A program made the translations under genes and the position numbers. 61,963 bases of DNA, taken from Deltaproteobacteria bacterium TL4 (GTDB taxonomy: Bacteria; SAR324; NAC60-12). This document shows positions 20,322 through 29,937 of the stretch, piece by piece. Numbering within the stretch: position 1 is the stretch's first letter; the number at the start of each line of letters is the position of its first letter. The DNA lies in contig JBBCAX010000050.1 in the NCBI GenBank assembly GCA_051382335.1, positions 1-61,963 of the forward strand. Reading direction: 5' to 3'. A model generated the notes under the pieces. It was not told where the DNA came from. It worked only from the letters and a program-made list of their open reading frames with translations, and made no database searches.

Positions 20322-21662
20322 GTGAACGTTATTGTATGTGGATGTGGTGCCGTTGGACGATATTTGTTGACTCATTTGATTGAGTTAAATGCCCAGATTC
20401 TGGTGATTGAACAGGATCCTCTGGTTGCGGAGGAAATTCGGGATAATTTTGATGTATTGGTGATTAATGACTCCGCCTTATCGGTGAGTTCTTATGAAAT
20501 GGCTTCAACAATAGCGACCGATTTATTTGTTGCGGTCATGGGAAATGACGCGGAAAATATTGTAGCCTGTATGTTGGCAAAGGAATATGGAGTTAAACGA
20601 ACAATTGCCCGTGTCGGATCCAACGCGTTTTTTAAAACACAAGAAGGAAGTCACGAAAACTTTTTAGGGATTGATTTGGTCCTTTCTCCCGAAAGTTTAA
20701 CCGCACAGGAAATTAATCGTTTAGTTCGTAGTTATGGCGCCTTGTCTGTGGATCAGTTTGCCGGAGGAAAAATTGAGGCAACCCGTATCAAACTAGCGGA
20801 TAATTCGTCCTGGATTGGTTATGCGGTTCAAGATATCAAGGTGCCTAAAGATGTGATGATTGCCGCTGTGCTTGAAAGCGGAACCCTTCAGGCTGCCCGT
20901 GGTGGAACAATGATCCGTCCTGGTTGCCAGATTCTGCTCATTGGAATCGCCAGCTCTGTTCATAAATACGTGATGGAACATGGGCATTCAGTAAAAGAAC
21001 ACCGGGAAAAGATCTTCTTTGGAGGACTCGCTCAAAGTAGCAAAATGGCCTTGGCCCTATTACACGATTTACATTCCCGGATACAAATTATTGAGCAATC
21101 GCGCTCACTTTGTGAAGAGCTGGCTGAGGCCTTTTCTGAAATCACGGTAATCCAGGGCGACAGCACCAACTATCGAAAACTTCAAGAAGAAGACATCAAT
21201 TTATGTCGTACCTTTATGGCCGCGAGTAACGATGATTCGCTTAATTTGACCATGTCGCTCGTTGCCAAACAAATGGATGTCGATCATGTGATCTCAATTG
21301 TTCATGATGTGAACCGGGTTTCTTTGTTTGAACGCTTGGATATTCCGCGGGTGATTTGCCCTAATTTGTTGACGGGGGAAGAAATTATGCGGTTTGTTCA
21401 GGGAGAACAATATAAAGCCATGAGTGTGATCGAAAATGGGGCGGCTGAAATATTTGAAATTATTTTAAAAGAAGGCGCGCCTATCACACAGTCACCTTTG
21501 AAAGAAATCATCATGCCGGTAGGCTCTTTAATTGGAGGCGCAAAACGAGCAGATACAGTATTTATGCCTCATGGCGATGATCGTCTTAAAAAAGATGATC
21601 ACATTGTTGTGATGGTGACGCCTCGTGCTAAAAAAGGTGTTTTACGGTTGTTAGGATTATGA
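20322..21662 (+). CDS. trkA: Trk potassium uptake regulatory subunit
   Basis: Two TrkA_N/TrkA_C (RCK) pairs; GCGAVG; DAENIVACMLAK; GGGAGG RBS with GTG start. Confidence 0.88.
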   Translation: MNVIVCGCGAVGRYLLTHLIELNAQILVIEQDPLVAEEIRDNFDVLVINDSALSVSSYEMASTIATDLFVAVMGNDAENIVACMLAKEYGVKRTIARVGSNAFFKTQEGSHENFLGIDLVLSPESLTAQEINRLVRSYGALSVDQFAGGKIEATRIKLADNSSWIGYAVQDIKVPKDVMIAAVLESGTLQAARGGTMIRPGCQILLIGIASSVHKYVMEHGHSVKEHREKIFFGGLAQSSKMALALLHDLHSRIQIIEQSRSLCEELAEAFSEITVIQGDSTNYRKLQEEDINLCRTFMAASNDDSLNLTMSLVAKQMDVDHVISIVHDVNRVSLFERLDIPRVICPNLLTGEEIMRFVQGEQYKAMSVIENGAAEIFEIILKEGAPITQSPLKEIIMPVGSLIGGAKRADTVFMPHGDDRLKKDDHIVVMVTPRAKKGVLRLLGL

Positions 21663-21855
21663 ATTCAATGGCTCACGAATCCTTATTTTCTGCGGGTTTC
21701 CTCCAATTTTTTTGAGGGCAAAAAAGTGAGCAAAAAATTCACGTCAAAAAGGCATATTTTGGACGACCTAGATTACTCCATTGGAAGTTTTGGGTTCGCT
21801 AACATCGAAAAAGCATTAAACTGAAGATGACAACTTATGAAACGAGCAGGGGCTT

Positions 21856-22656
21856 ATGGCACTGAGTGGTGCAAATATAGTTGAAAGTGTTTATAATGAC
21901 CGGGTTCTGCTTTTGGAAAGCAATCCTGAACTACGTCGCTTTTATGAAGAACAACTCGAATTTGCGGGCTATGAAGTTCATTGCGCCCAAAATGTTTCTC
22001 AAGCACTGAATGTGTTGGAGTATGTTCCTGTAAATCTCATTGTCTGCAATGAGCTTTTCGATGGGAATAGAAACTCGGTCAAATATCTGAGGCTATTGAG
22101 AAGTAATGGGATCAAAAGTGCGGTTTTGGTTTTAACGGCAAATGAAGATCGGGTGTGGAGTCAAATTCCTGACGAGGAGGTGTGTCTCCATACTTTTCCC
22201 ATACCGGAGGACTTGGACGAATACTTTAAATCGGATATTAATCAGTTTGTCGCCGTGGTTAATATGGTTCTGGATGAGTTGAAGTGTCTGTTAATTGTTG
22301 ACGATATTACCAGTGAATCCATTGAAATAGAAAATTTACTGGTCAGTAACAGCTACCGGGTATGCAGTGTGAGTAATGGCGAGGATGGGTTGAAGGCGAT
22401 TGCCAAAGCAGAGCAAACTTCTTATAAGTTCAATGCCATCATTTTGAATACCATTAATCGCTATTATCCCGGGGCCCTTTTTTTAGAAGAATTGTTCAAG
22501 CAGGGGTATCAAATTCCAGTCCTTGTGTTAATTTCTGGAACCGGATCGTCAGAAAAAATGTCTGAGAAAACGCAATATGAGTTCTTGCGTACCTTGCCTA
22601 AAGCTGAAATAGCCACCCAACTTATTCCCGCAATTTGTGAGTTAATACACTCATAA
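21856..22656 (+). CDS. Tandem (pseudo-)receiver domain protein
   Basis: Two CheY-like folds (RVLLLE...GYEV...LIVCN; LLIVDD...YRV...AIILN), both with Asn at the apparent phospho-Asp position. Confidence 0.7.
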   Translation: MALSGANIVESVYNDRVLLLESNPELRRFYEEQLEFAGYEVHCAQNVSQALNVLEYVPVNLIVCNELFDGNRNSVKYLRLLRSNGIKSAVLVLTANEDRVWSQIPDEEVCLHTFPIPEDLDEYFKSDINQFVAVVNMVLDELKCLLIVDDITSESIEIENLLVSNSYRVCSVSNGEDGLKAIAKAEQTSYKFNAIILNTINRYYPGALFLEELFKQGYQIPVLVLISGTGSSEKMSEKTQYEFLRTLPKAEIATQLIPAICELIHS

Positions 22657-22733
22657 GTCAGCAAGGTTTTTAGCCTGATCTTAAAGGCAATTAAAATTAA
22701 ATTACTCATGTTTTAGACAGGGGATTTGTAAAC

Positions 22734-25700
22734 ATGGCTCCAGACGCTACAGAAGGATCAAATTTGCCGAATCATGCTGATTTATTGGCAGAACTGCTTG
22801 GAAGTTCAGGAGATCCAATCCCTGCTCCGTCACAAAAATCAGAGAAGACTTCTTCCTCTAACGCCTATATCACCACTGTTTTTTTTCAATTGGTTATGCC
22901 CGGCTGGAATACGGGGCGCTTAACGCGTTCTTTGCATGTGGCTTTTAAAACTATTGAGGATGCGTGCCATCAGGCGGATGAATGGGTCGATCAAACTCAT
23001 AAGCTGATCAAGGATCTTATCGATTCCCTTCCCGACGTTTGGCCAGATCATGATAGCGGAGAAGTGACTTCACGCCTGTTAGGTCAATTCTATGCGATCT
23101 CCCAACAATATCCTGTCTCTCAATATCTAAGTAATTTTTCCCAGATTCCTAAAATTGCGAACACTTTCCCCAAGGGGATGGAGGTGGGGGTTCCCTCAAA
23201 TTTATTACAAGAAGGGCTTGAATCCGCACCTTGGTGGGGAATGGCGTGGATTGCTTATCAAAAATCAGAGCAGAGTCTTCGGCAATTAGGGGGCAGCGAG
23301 GAAAAATTAAAGGCGAATGTGCCACTGAGAAAAATAGGCATTTACTGGCTAAAGCTTCAAAACGCCTTACAAATGCGCGGGACTTTACGGGATGCCGGTG
23401 ACTATTATTTTGTTTTTTTAAAGTCCGTTCAGCGTTTATTCAACATTTCCCCAGGAGATCAAGTAAAATACCTTTGGGATGAAATGTTATCAGATGTTAA
23501 GGAACTGGCCGATCATTTAAAATCAACACACCGAAGCCATTTAATGTACCTGTTTAATGGTTTTGAACAAACGTTGCGGAACTCATTGCTGCCATGGCAG
23601 GCAGAAAAATTCATGAGAATTTCACGTTTGCAGAAGTATGTTGAAAAAGTGGAACAGGAAAATGTGGAGAGGCTAGAGAAATATTCCAAAGCATTGGAAT
23701 ATGCGTTAGAAGATTTTCACATTCGATTGCAGTTTTTCAAAATTCAGCGTGAAGCCCTCAGAATCATGCAGGGGGAGTTGAGTTTTATCCGTCAACAATA
23801 CAAACGACTTGATAAACAACTTATTGATTCTATCGAAAAAATTCGTTCCGTCGTTCCAGAAAGTGTTGATGAGTGGGAAAACCTGAATAAGTTTAAATTT
23901 TCCTTTCGGATGAATCAAGTACAGAAAAATTGTTTTAGCGCGATCCTTCAATTGCAAAACGTCTTTCGGCAGATCCTGAGTAACACGCGAACAAACAACA
24001 TGGTAGACCTGGTGTTAAGGCGTTATGAGGCAATTTCACAAACCCTGCCAGAACATGCCAATATTGTACACCTGGATAAACTTTGGTCTTGGACGAATAA
24101 AAAAGTTGAAATTGATGAAGCCGTCCCCTTACGCTATACGGTTGAACGATTCTTCCATACCAAACTTGATGAAGATCTGAACTTTTATCACAGCAGATGG
24201 CTGAATTATATTAGAATTTGGTCTGACTTGGTGGCGCAGCAAGAGCAGTTTTTCCATTTCAGTTTTTACTCATTAAGACAAGAATATGGGGATCCGGCAA
24301 CCGATTGGCAAAACGCGAATAGAGCAGTATTGCATAAAACGCTAATTGACAGTTCTCAGCCGACCATTGGGCAACTGAGTTCGATTGAGCAAGATCTTAC
24401 AAAAGAATACGAAATTTTTGACAGTCAAACACAAAAAGCGGTCACTACCACCATTTCGGCTTTAGAAGAAGTCATTTTTGACCCGGGTCTCCGAGAAAAA
24501 CTTTTACGTCTGGCAACCGAAGGCACAGGCACGCTCAGTACGATTATTCGCTTTGTTATTGAGTTAAAACATATAGAAATCATTCTAAGACTGCCATTGA
24601 TTCGGCATGTGTTGTTCTCCTATCGTTGGTTGGACAAAAAAACGATGGAATGGAGCAAAAAGTTTGAGAAAAAGAAACAGGCTCCCGAAGCACTTTCGCC
24701 CGCCTATTATTCCCGTATTTTCGTGATTGAACCCCTCGAGGTTGCAAGCCTGTTTGTTGAGCGGACGCAAGAAATCGAACAGATGCATCGGATTTGGGAG
24801 CAACGACTCCAAAGGGAAAGAACGGTCTTGGCTATTATTGGAAAACCGGGAAGTGGAAAGCGAAGTTTGATTCACCATTTTTTACATAACGAAATCAGTG
24901 GCTCCATGATGAATGTCCGCTTGTCTCTGCTTGATGAACAAATCAGCGCGATGATCAACAACCAGCCTTTTTCCCTGGACCGAATGTTGCACAAAGTCTT
25001 GGTAGATCGGTTTGAAGTCATTGTGCTTGAAGGTTTGGAGGCTTGCTTTGTCGAAAGTGTGGGGGGCGCAACCTTTCTGAAAGAGTTCTTTAATTGGCTG
25101 CAGAATGCTTCAGGACGGATTTTTTGGATTATTTCTATCAATGAATTGTCTTGGAAAACGATGGGACTTTTGGAACAAGTGGGGGCAACCTTTACCGATG
25201 TGGTTCAAATTTCTCCGACTTCTGGAAAAGATCTGGAACAAATGTTGATTAAGAGGCATAACGTCGTTGGTCTTCCCGTAAAATTTAAAGTCCCAGAAAA
25301 GAAATCATACCAGTTGTTGAGTCAATTCAAACCCGAGGAATGCCAAAAACTATTGAATTGGCGCTTTTTTTCAGAATTAGCGCTTCGAAGTGAAGGGCTT
25401 CCCGCTTTGGCACTACGCTTATGGATCCAGCAAGTTCGAGTGTTTAATGATAATGAAATCTATATTTTGCCCTTTAAAGAAGATACCGAATTACCCCTTT
25501 TAGGAGAGGAGGAACTCCTCATCTTACGTATCGTTTTAGCTCAAGGGCCGGTGAGCGCTCACCATCTGCAACCAGCGGTGATGTCCTCAAAATATTTACG
25601 AGTTTGTCTCGATAAATTAAGTGGGTTAGGATTAATTTCTATTCAAAAGTTCAACGCTTCTACGCTGTTTTTGGCCAATCCCAACTCCTATCGAACCATA

Positions 25701-25736
25701 TATCAACTTTTGCGAAAAGCGATGTTATTATCATGA
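22734..25736 (+). CDS. Large coiled-coil protein with C-terminal P-loop NTPase and winged-helix-like end
   Basis: FVERTQE, Walker A GKPGSGKRS, Walker B-like VIVLEG, SEGLPALAL; ATGA overlap with next gene. Confidence 0.75.
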   Translation: MAPDATEGSNLPNHADLLAELLGSSGDPIPAPSQKSEKTSSSNAYITTVFFQLVMPGWNTGRLTRSLHVAFKTIEDACHQADEWVDQTHKLIKDLIDSLPDVWPDHDSGEVTSRLLGQFYAISQQYPVSQYLSNFSQIPKIANTFPKGMEVGVPSNLLQEGLESAPWWGMAWIAYQKSEQSLRQLGGSEEKLKANVPLRKIGIYWLKLQNALQMRGTLRDAGDYYFVFLKSVQRLFNISPGDQVKYLWDEMLSDVKELADHLKSTHRSHLMYLFNGFEQTLRNSLLPWQAEKFMRISRLQKYVEKVEQENVERLEKYSKALEYALEDFHIRLQFFKIQREALRIMQGELSFIRQQYKRLDKQLIDSIEKIRSVVPESVDEWENLNKFKFSFRMNQVQKNCFSAILQLQNVFRQILSNTRTNNMVDLVLRRYEAISQTLPEHANIVHLDKLWSWTNKKVEIDEAVPLRYTVERFFHTKLDEDLNFYHSRWLNYIRIWSDLVAQQEQFFHFSFYSLRQEYGDPATDWQNANRAVLHKTLIDSSQPTIGQLSSIEQDLTKEYEIFDSQTQKAVTTTISALEEVIFDPGLREKLLRLATEGTGTLSTIIRFVIELKHIEIILRLPLIRHVLFSYRWLDKKTMEWSKKFEKKKQAPEALSPAYYSRIFVIEPLEVASLFVERTQEIEQMHRIWEQRLQRERTVLAIIGKPGSGKRSLIHHFLHNEISGSMMNVRLSLLDEQISAMINNQPFSLDRMLHKVLVDRFEVIVLEGLEACFVESVGGATFLKEFFNWLQNASGRIFWIISINELSWKTMGLLEQVGATFTDVVQISPTSGKDLEQMLIKRHNVVGLPVKFKVPEKKSYQLLSQFKPEECQKLLNWRFFSELALRSEGLPALALRLWIQQVRVFNDNEIYILPFKEDTELPLLGEEELLILRIVLAQGPVSAHHLQPAVMSSKYLRVCLDKLSGLGLISIQKFNASTLFLANPNSYRTIYQLLRKAMLLS

Positions 25737-27559
25737 TGGATCAACCTGTAAATTGGATCCGAGTACTCATTACCGATTTAGGAGAAGCGTTGGATTCCTG
25801 GTTCCAGATTTCTTTACTGGAAAGTGTCGTCCAAATTGCGCTGGTTCTGCTTGCGGCATGGATTACGGTTTTTGTCTCCAAAAAAATTCACCCTCGGTTG
25901 ATCCAATTCCCTCAATACGCCGAGTGGCATGGAAGACATCGCAGATTGATAGAGTCTGTGTTTGTAACGGTTGTCGGAGTGCTGGTTCTTATGAAAATCT
26001 GGCACATGCATTGGGGCCTTATCTTAGCGTTGTGGGGTGCGTTCCTTTTAAGCCTTGGGTTGGCCTTTCAGGAAATTTTAATCAATCTTATCGCCTACCC
26101 TGTGGTTCGCCTTTCGCTTGCTGTTCAAATCGGTGATGACATCCAGATAGTTGGACTTCGGGGTAAACTGACGCAGCGCCGTTGGACGCACCTGTTACTC
26201 GCTGGAAGTTTTGGTGAAATCATCACCGTCCCCAACAGAAAAGTACTTACCGATATTCTCTCTCATAGCAAAAACACACAAACGGTCTATCATTTTGAAA
26301 TTGAATTTCCTGTCTCGCTGGAATATCAAAGTGATTTGAGCCATTTACTCGAATTTTGCTATGAAATGGTCCTGTTATCCGCATATCGTTCACTCGATAA
26401 TCCACCGGAGGTCAGTGCGGATCTTCATAAGGGTCAGATTTGGTTACGATGTGTTTGCTACACGAACCGGCAATACTACATTGCGCCTTACCGTACTTTT
26501 ATTTTAAAAGAATTAGCTGAAAAAACGAACGTTTTTTCTACCCAACCCAGAGGACCTTCCAAAGAAGAGGCCACACCTCAGTCATTGATCAAAACACCCT
26601 TCAAATTGAAAAAAGCGTGGGGGAAAGACGTTAATAGCATTCATCCAACGACGACTGAAGTGTATGCTGAAGAAGGAAAGTCGTTTTTTGATGAAGAAGC
26701 AACAGCCGATGATTCCACCATTGAAATGTTTGATGATGAGTCTTCTGCAAAAGCTACAGCCGCTCAGGAGACCTCTTCTTCAAAAAAACAAGTCTTAACC
26801 CAGGATGAGGTAAATCAAATGAATGTGGATCAACTCAATGAGTTGATCATGTCTGGAGAGGAACACCTGATCACAATGGCCTCCCGCGCCATAACACAGT
26901 TGTCAACGCTGACTCCATCAACAGAAAAACTTTCAGCAGCCCCCTTGACGGAGGCCTCAACGCCTTCAACTCCAGAGATTCCCGGTTTGACTCAAGAAGC
27001 GGTGAATCGGATGGACATTGACCAGCTTAACGAACTGGTTATATCTGGAGATGAAGATTTGGTAGCCATGGCCATGAAAGCCATGGAACAGCTTGTTTTA
27101 TTGGAAACGGCAGATTCCGTCGAAGACCCAGCCTCAGCGGTTCAACCGGTAATAGAAAACTTGGGTTCGGAGGACGTTCTTGAAGAAGAACAAACTGAGG
27201 AGCAAAAAACAGAAGCGCTGAGCCATAGTGAGGAGTCTGAAATTCAGACAAAAGGGACGTTACCCGAACATCAATTGATTGATGACGATGATGAGATTTT
27301 AACGATACACCCTCCTGAATCGGGTGAAAAAGAGGTTTCTGAGCAAGAATCCTCTCAAAAAGAACATGATGATTTAATCCAGGAAGCTTTGCTGGAGGCC
27401 TTGATTGCGCTGAAACAACTTCCAGGACTCCCGGAGGCAGACGCGCCTGAAGTCATACACTTAGCGGAAGTCATTGAAAAAGCGTCCGAAGTCCTGCCCG
27501 CTAACACCCCCTTAGTCTTGGAAGCAATGCAGTTTCTAATGGAAAAAATATACGAATGA
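25733..27559 (+). CDS. MscS-family channel with long acidic C-terminal extension
   Basis: TM helices, LGLAFQEILINL, VQIGDDIQI, ITVPN core; about 330-aa acidic tail. Confidence 0.75.
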   Translation: MMDQPVNWIRVLITDLGEALDSWFQISLLESVVQIALVLLAAWITVFVSKKIHPRLIQFPQYAEWHGRHRRLIESVFVTVVGVLVLMKIWHMHWGLILALWGAFLLSLGLAFQEILINLIAYPVVRLSLAVQIGDDIQIVGLRGKLTQRRWTHLLLAGSFGEIITVPNRKVLTDILSHSKNTQTVYHFEIEFPVSLEYQSDLSHLLEFCYEMVLLSAYRSLDNPPEVSADLHKGQIWLRCVCYTNRQYYIAPYRTFILKELAEKTNVFSTQPRGPSKEEATPQSLIKTPFKLKKAWGKDVNSIHPTTTEVYAEEGKSFFDEEATADDSTIEMFDDESSAKATAAQETSSSKKQVLTQDEVNQMNVDQLNELIMSGEEHLITMASRAITQLSTLTPSTEKLSAAPLTEASTPSTPEIPGLTQEAVNRMDIDQLNELVISGDEDLVAMAMKAMEQLVLLETADSVEDPASAVQPVIENLGSEDVLEEEQTEEQKTEALSHSEESEIQTKGTLPEHQLIDDDDEILTIHPPESGEKEVSEQESSQKEHDDLIQEALLEALIALKQLPGLPEADAPEVIHLAEVIEKASEVLPANTPLVLEAMQFLMEKIYE

Positions 27560-27580
27560 AAGGAGACTGGCAGAGGAAAA

Positions 27581-27760
27581 GGGGTACCCCCACATAAGCC
27601 GTGTGAAAGTTACTTTTGTACCTGGATCACCAGGTGGGGTAAGGTATAAAGGGTTCAGGCTTCCTTAATTAAAAGGCATGCACACCCCCCTCAGGGACAA
27701 ACCCCTTTTTAATAAAAAAGGTGCAAAAGACTAACATCACGAGAATCGCAGGGATACTCC
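27581..27760 (-). ncRNA. ssrS: 6S RNA
   Basis: Directly downstream of zapA on the same strand; closing stem GGAGUAUCCCUGCG / UGUGGGGGUACCCC; CCCACCU and CACACGGC motifs typical of 6S; about 180 nt. Confidence 0.8.
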
Positions 27761-28092
27761 TAAATAGATTTATTGGAATGAACTTGGGTTTTTCCCAAGG
27801 TACTATCTAATTTATCACACATTTCAACCACAGAAGCTTGCCACTCTGAACTGACGTAATTATTTTTACTTTTCAAAGTAAGCAACTCATCTGCTAAATT
27901 CAAGGCGACCAATAAAGCCAAATTTGAAGGACCATAGGTCTCTGACCGTGCCCCAACAGCTGTCATACGTTCATTTAAAAACCGCTCAACGGTACGAATG
28001 TGCTCCTCACCATAAGAAGACGATACGTTAAATTGGTGACCATTGATGTTTATTTGATATTGTTTTAACTCATTTGGCAAGTCTGTTGACAT
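27760..28092 (-). CDS. zapA: Cell division protein ZapA
   Basis: ININGHQF, EEHIRTVERFLNERM, LALLVALNLADEL; adjacent 6S RNA. Confidence 0.88.
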   Translation of the reverse strand: MSTDLPNELKQYQININGHQFNVSSSYGEEHIRTVERFLNERMTAVGARSETYGPSNLALLVALNLADELLTLKSKNNYVSSEWQASVVEMCDKLDSTLGKTQVHSNKSI

Positions 28093-28328
28093 CTTTTATC
28101 AGTAGCTTAGGTCACATCCGATGTGAAACCCATTCAACACTCAATGAGATCCATCAAACACAAAATTAGTAAAAATCTATTTGTTTTATGTCTCCGATTC
28201 ATGTAAACACTCGAAGCAAACTAGATGTAATGTAACAGCTTTTAGAGTGGAAAGCAAATGCCTTTTTTATGGATGTTTCAAAACCTAAAAGCATCATATT
28301 ATCAGTTTAACATAAGCGATGGAAAGTT

Positions 28329-29141
28329 ATGAGCACTAAAAAACGACACCCTTTAAGTGATGAATTGAAGCAGCAATTTGCAGGGACTATTATCCTGGAT
28401 CGTACTCTTCAGGAACAAGGGCAAATTCATGCGTCTCTTTTGAATAAGAATGATAAATTTTTAGAACCTTATCTCGATCGCCTTCATAGAGAAGGAATCC
28501 TGGAGATTAATGCCGACAATTATTATGTTGCAACGTCTCAAGGAAAAGAGGCCTATGGGAAAATGTTGCAGCAACAGGCGTCGTATGTGACTCATTTTGA
28601 TATTTACTCTCATGTGGATTTGCAAGAAGGCGTTTTTGCAGAGAAGGACACCGACTTTTTGGAAGATGACCGTTGGGAGGATTTGCGGGTTGCGGTTGCG
28701 GAATTTAAAGGGATTGATCCTTACCGTGTAGTTTTCCTTGCAATGTTGAGTGATGAATATTTTTTCGAGGATTCAGATTGGAAGTTCGATTTGGCAATGG
28801 GCAGTCTTTTTGAAGAAATGGAAGACATTGTTCAAAGTCAACTTTCTGAAGAAGAATTGGGCTATGAGGAGGAGGGCGAGTATATTTCTGGACATGAAGT
28901 TCTTCAGGATATTATTGAACAGGGCGCCCGGCTGAATCAGGAACGTTTTGAACAACGCCAGTCCGAAGAAAGAGAAGAAAAACGAACTGACGATGATGAC
29001 TTTGAGGAAGAAGAAGTGGTAACCACGGTACATTATGGTGGGGGGTACGGTTATCCGGCTTATAATCCGTGGGCAACCTTTGGCGCCTATGCCGCAAGCG
29101 CCTTGTTTATTGAGGCCATGTGGCATGATCCATACTGGTGA
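28329..29141 (+). CDS. Hypothetical acidic protein
   Basis: Long ORF; possible N-terminal winged helix; WEDLRVAVAEFKGIDP; Tyr/Gly/Trp-rich C-tail. Confidence 0.75.
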   Translation: MSTKKRHPLSDELKQQFAGTIILDRTLQEQGQIHASLLNKNDKFLEPYLDRLHREGILEINADNYYVATSQGKEAYGKMLQQQASYVTHFDIYSHVDLQEGVFAEKDTDFLEDDRWEDLRVAVAEFKGIDPYRVVFLAMLSDEYFFEDSDWKFDLAMGSLFEEMEDIVQSQLSEEELGYEEEGEYISGHEVLQDIIEQGARLNQERFEQRQSEEREEKRTDDDDFEEEEVVTTVHYGGGYGYPAYNPWATFGAYAASALFIEAMWHDPYW

Positions 29142-29160
29142 ACTATTTTTTGGATTGACG

Positions 29161-29805
29161 ATGAAACATCAATTGCCAAAGGCTTTTTTTGTAACAGGGA
29201 TTGGGACCGAAGTTGGAAAAACCGTCGTTTCAGCCATACTTGTAGAAACGCTAAAAGCTCATTACTGGAAACCTGTTCAGGCAGGTGATTTAGAAAACAC
29301 CGACACGATGAAAATACAGCAGTGGGTCTCACACCAGCAAGTTCATTGCTATCCTGAGCAATATCGGTTCACGCGACCGATGTCGCCTCATGCGGCTGCG
29401 GAGCGAGAGGGAGTACGTATTAGGTTAGATCATTTTCAATTACCTCAAACTCAACGGCCTCTTGTTGTGGAAGGAGCGGGTGGATTGATGGTTCCTTTGA
29501 ATGATCAGGTATTGGTCTTGGATTTGATTGTTCATCTCAAACTTCCTGTCATTCTTGTTTCCCGTACCTACCTAGGCAGCATTAATCATACACTGCTTTC
29601 TATTCTTTGCTTACAAAGCCGAAACGTTCCTATTCTGGGCATTATTTTCAACGGTCCTGTCAATTACGAGACGGAAGCCTACATCCTTCAATATACCCAC
29701 GTGCTCTGTCTTGCCAGATTGGAAGAGGAAAAAGAGGTCAGTTCCACAGTCGTCTCTAAATACGCTCGAATATGGCAGACCACACTGGAAGTCCCACAAA
29801 ATTAA
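29161..29805 (+). CDS. bioD: Dethiobiotin synthase
   Basis: TGIGTEVGKT, YWKPVQAG, SPHAAA, VEGAGGLMVP, LGSINHT. Confidence 0.95.
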   Translation: MKHQLPKAFFVTGIGTEVGKTVVSAILVETLKAHYWKPVQAGDLENTDTMKIQQWVSHQQVHCYPEQYRFTRPMSPHAAAEREGVRIRLDHFQLPQTQRPLVVEGAGGLMVPLNDQVLVLDLIVHLKLPVILVSRTYLGSINHTLLSILCLQSRNVPILGIIFNGPVNYETEAYILQYTHVLCLARLEEEKEVSSTVVSKYARIWQTTLEVPQN

Positions 29806-29862
29806 GCAGCAAAAAACCCGAGAATTAGTTGGAGAATAGAAAATTTGGAGAAGTTCGGGATA

Positions 29863-29896
29863 TTAACTTGAGCACACATAGAGGTGCTCAAGTTAA
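29863..29896. terminator. Hairpin between convergent bioD and porin genes
   Basis: Perfect 13-bp stem TTAACTTGAGCAC / GTGCTCAAGTTAA. Confidence 0.65.
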
Positions 29897-29937
29897 AGCT
29901 TTTGGTTTATCTTTGACTTAAACGCTTTTCTAATCTT

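Noticed and set aside
29035..29160. N-terminal extension of bioD in the ORF track
   Set aside because: Overlaps the upstream gene; BioD homology begins at ATG 29161
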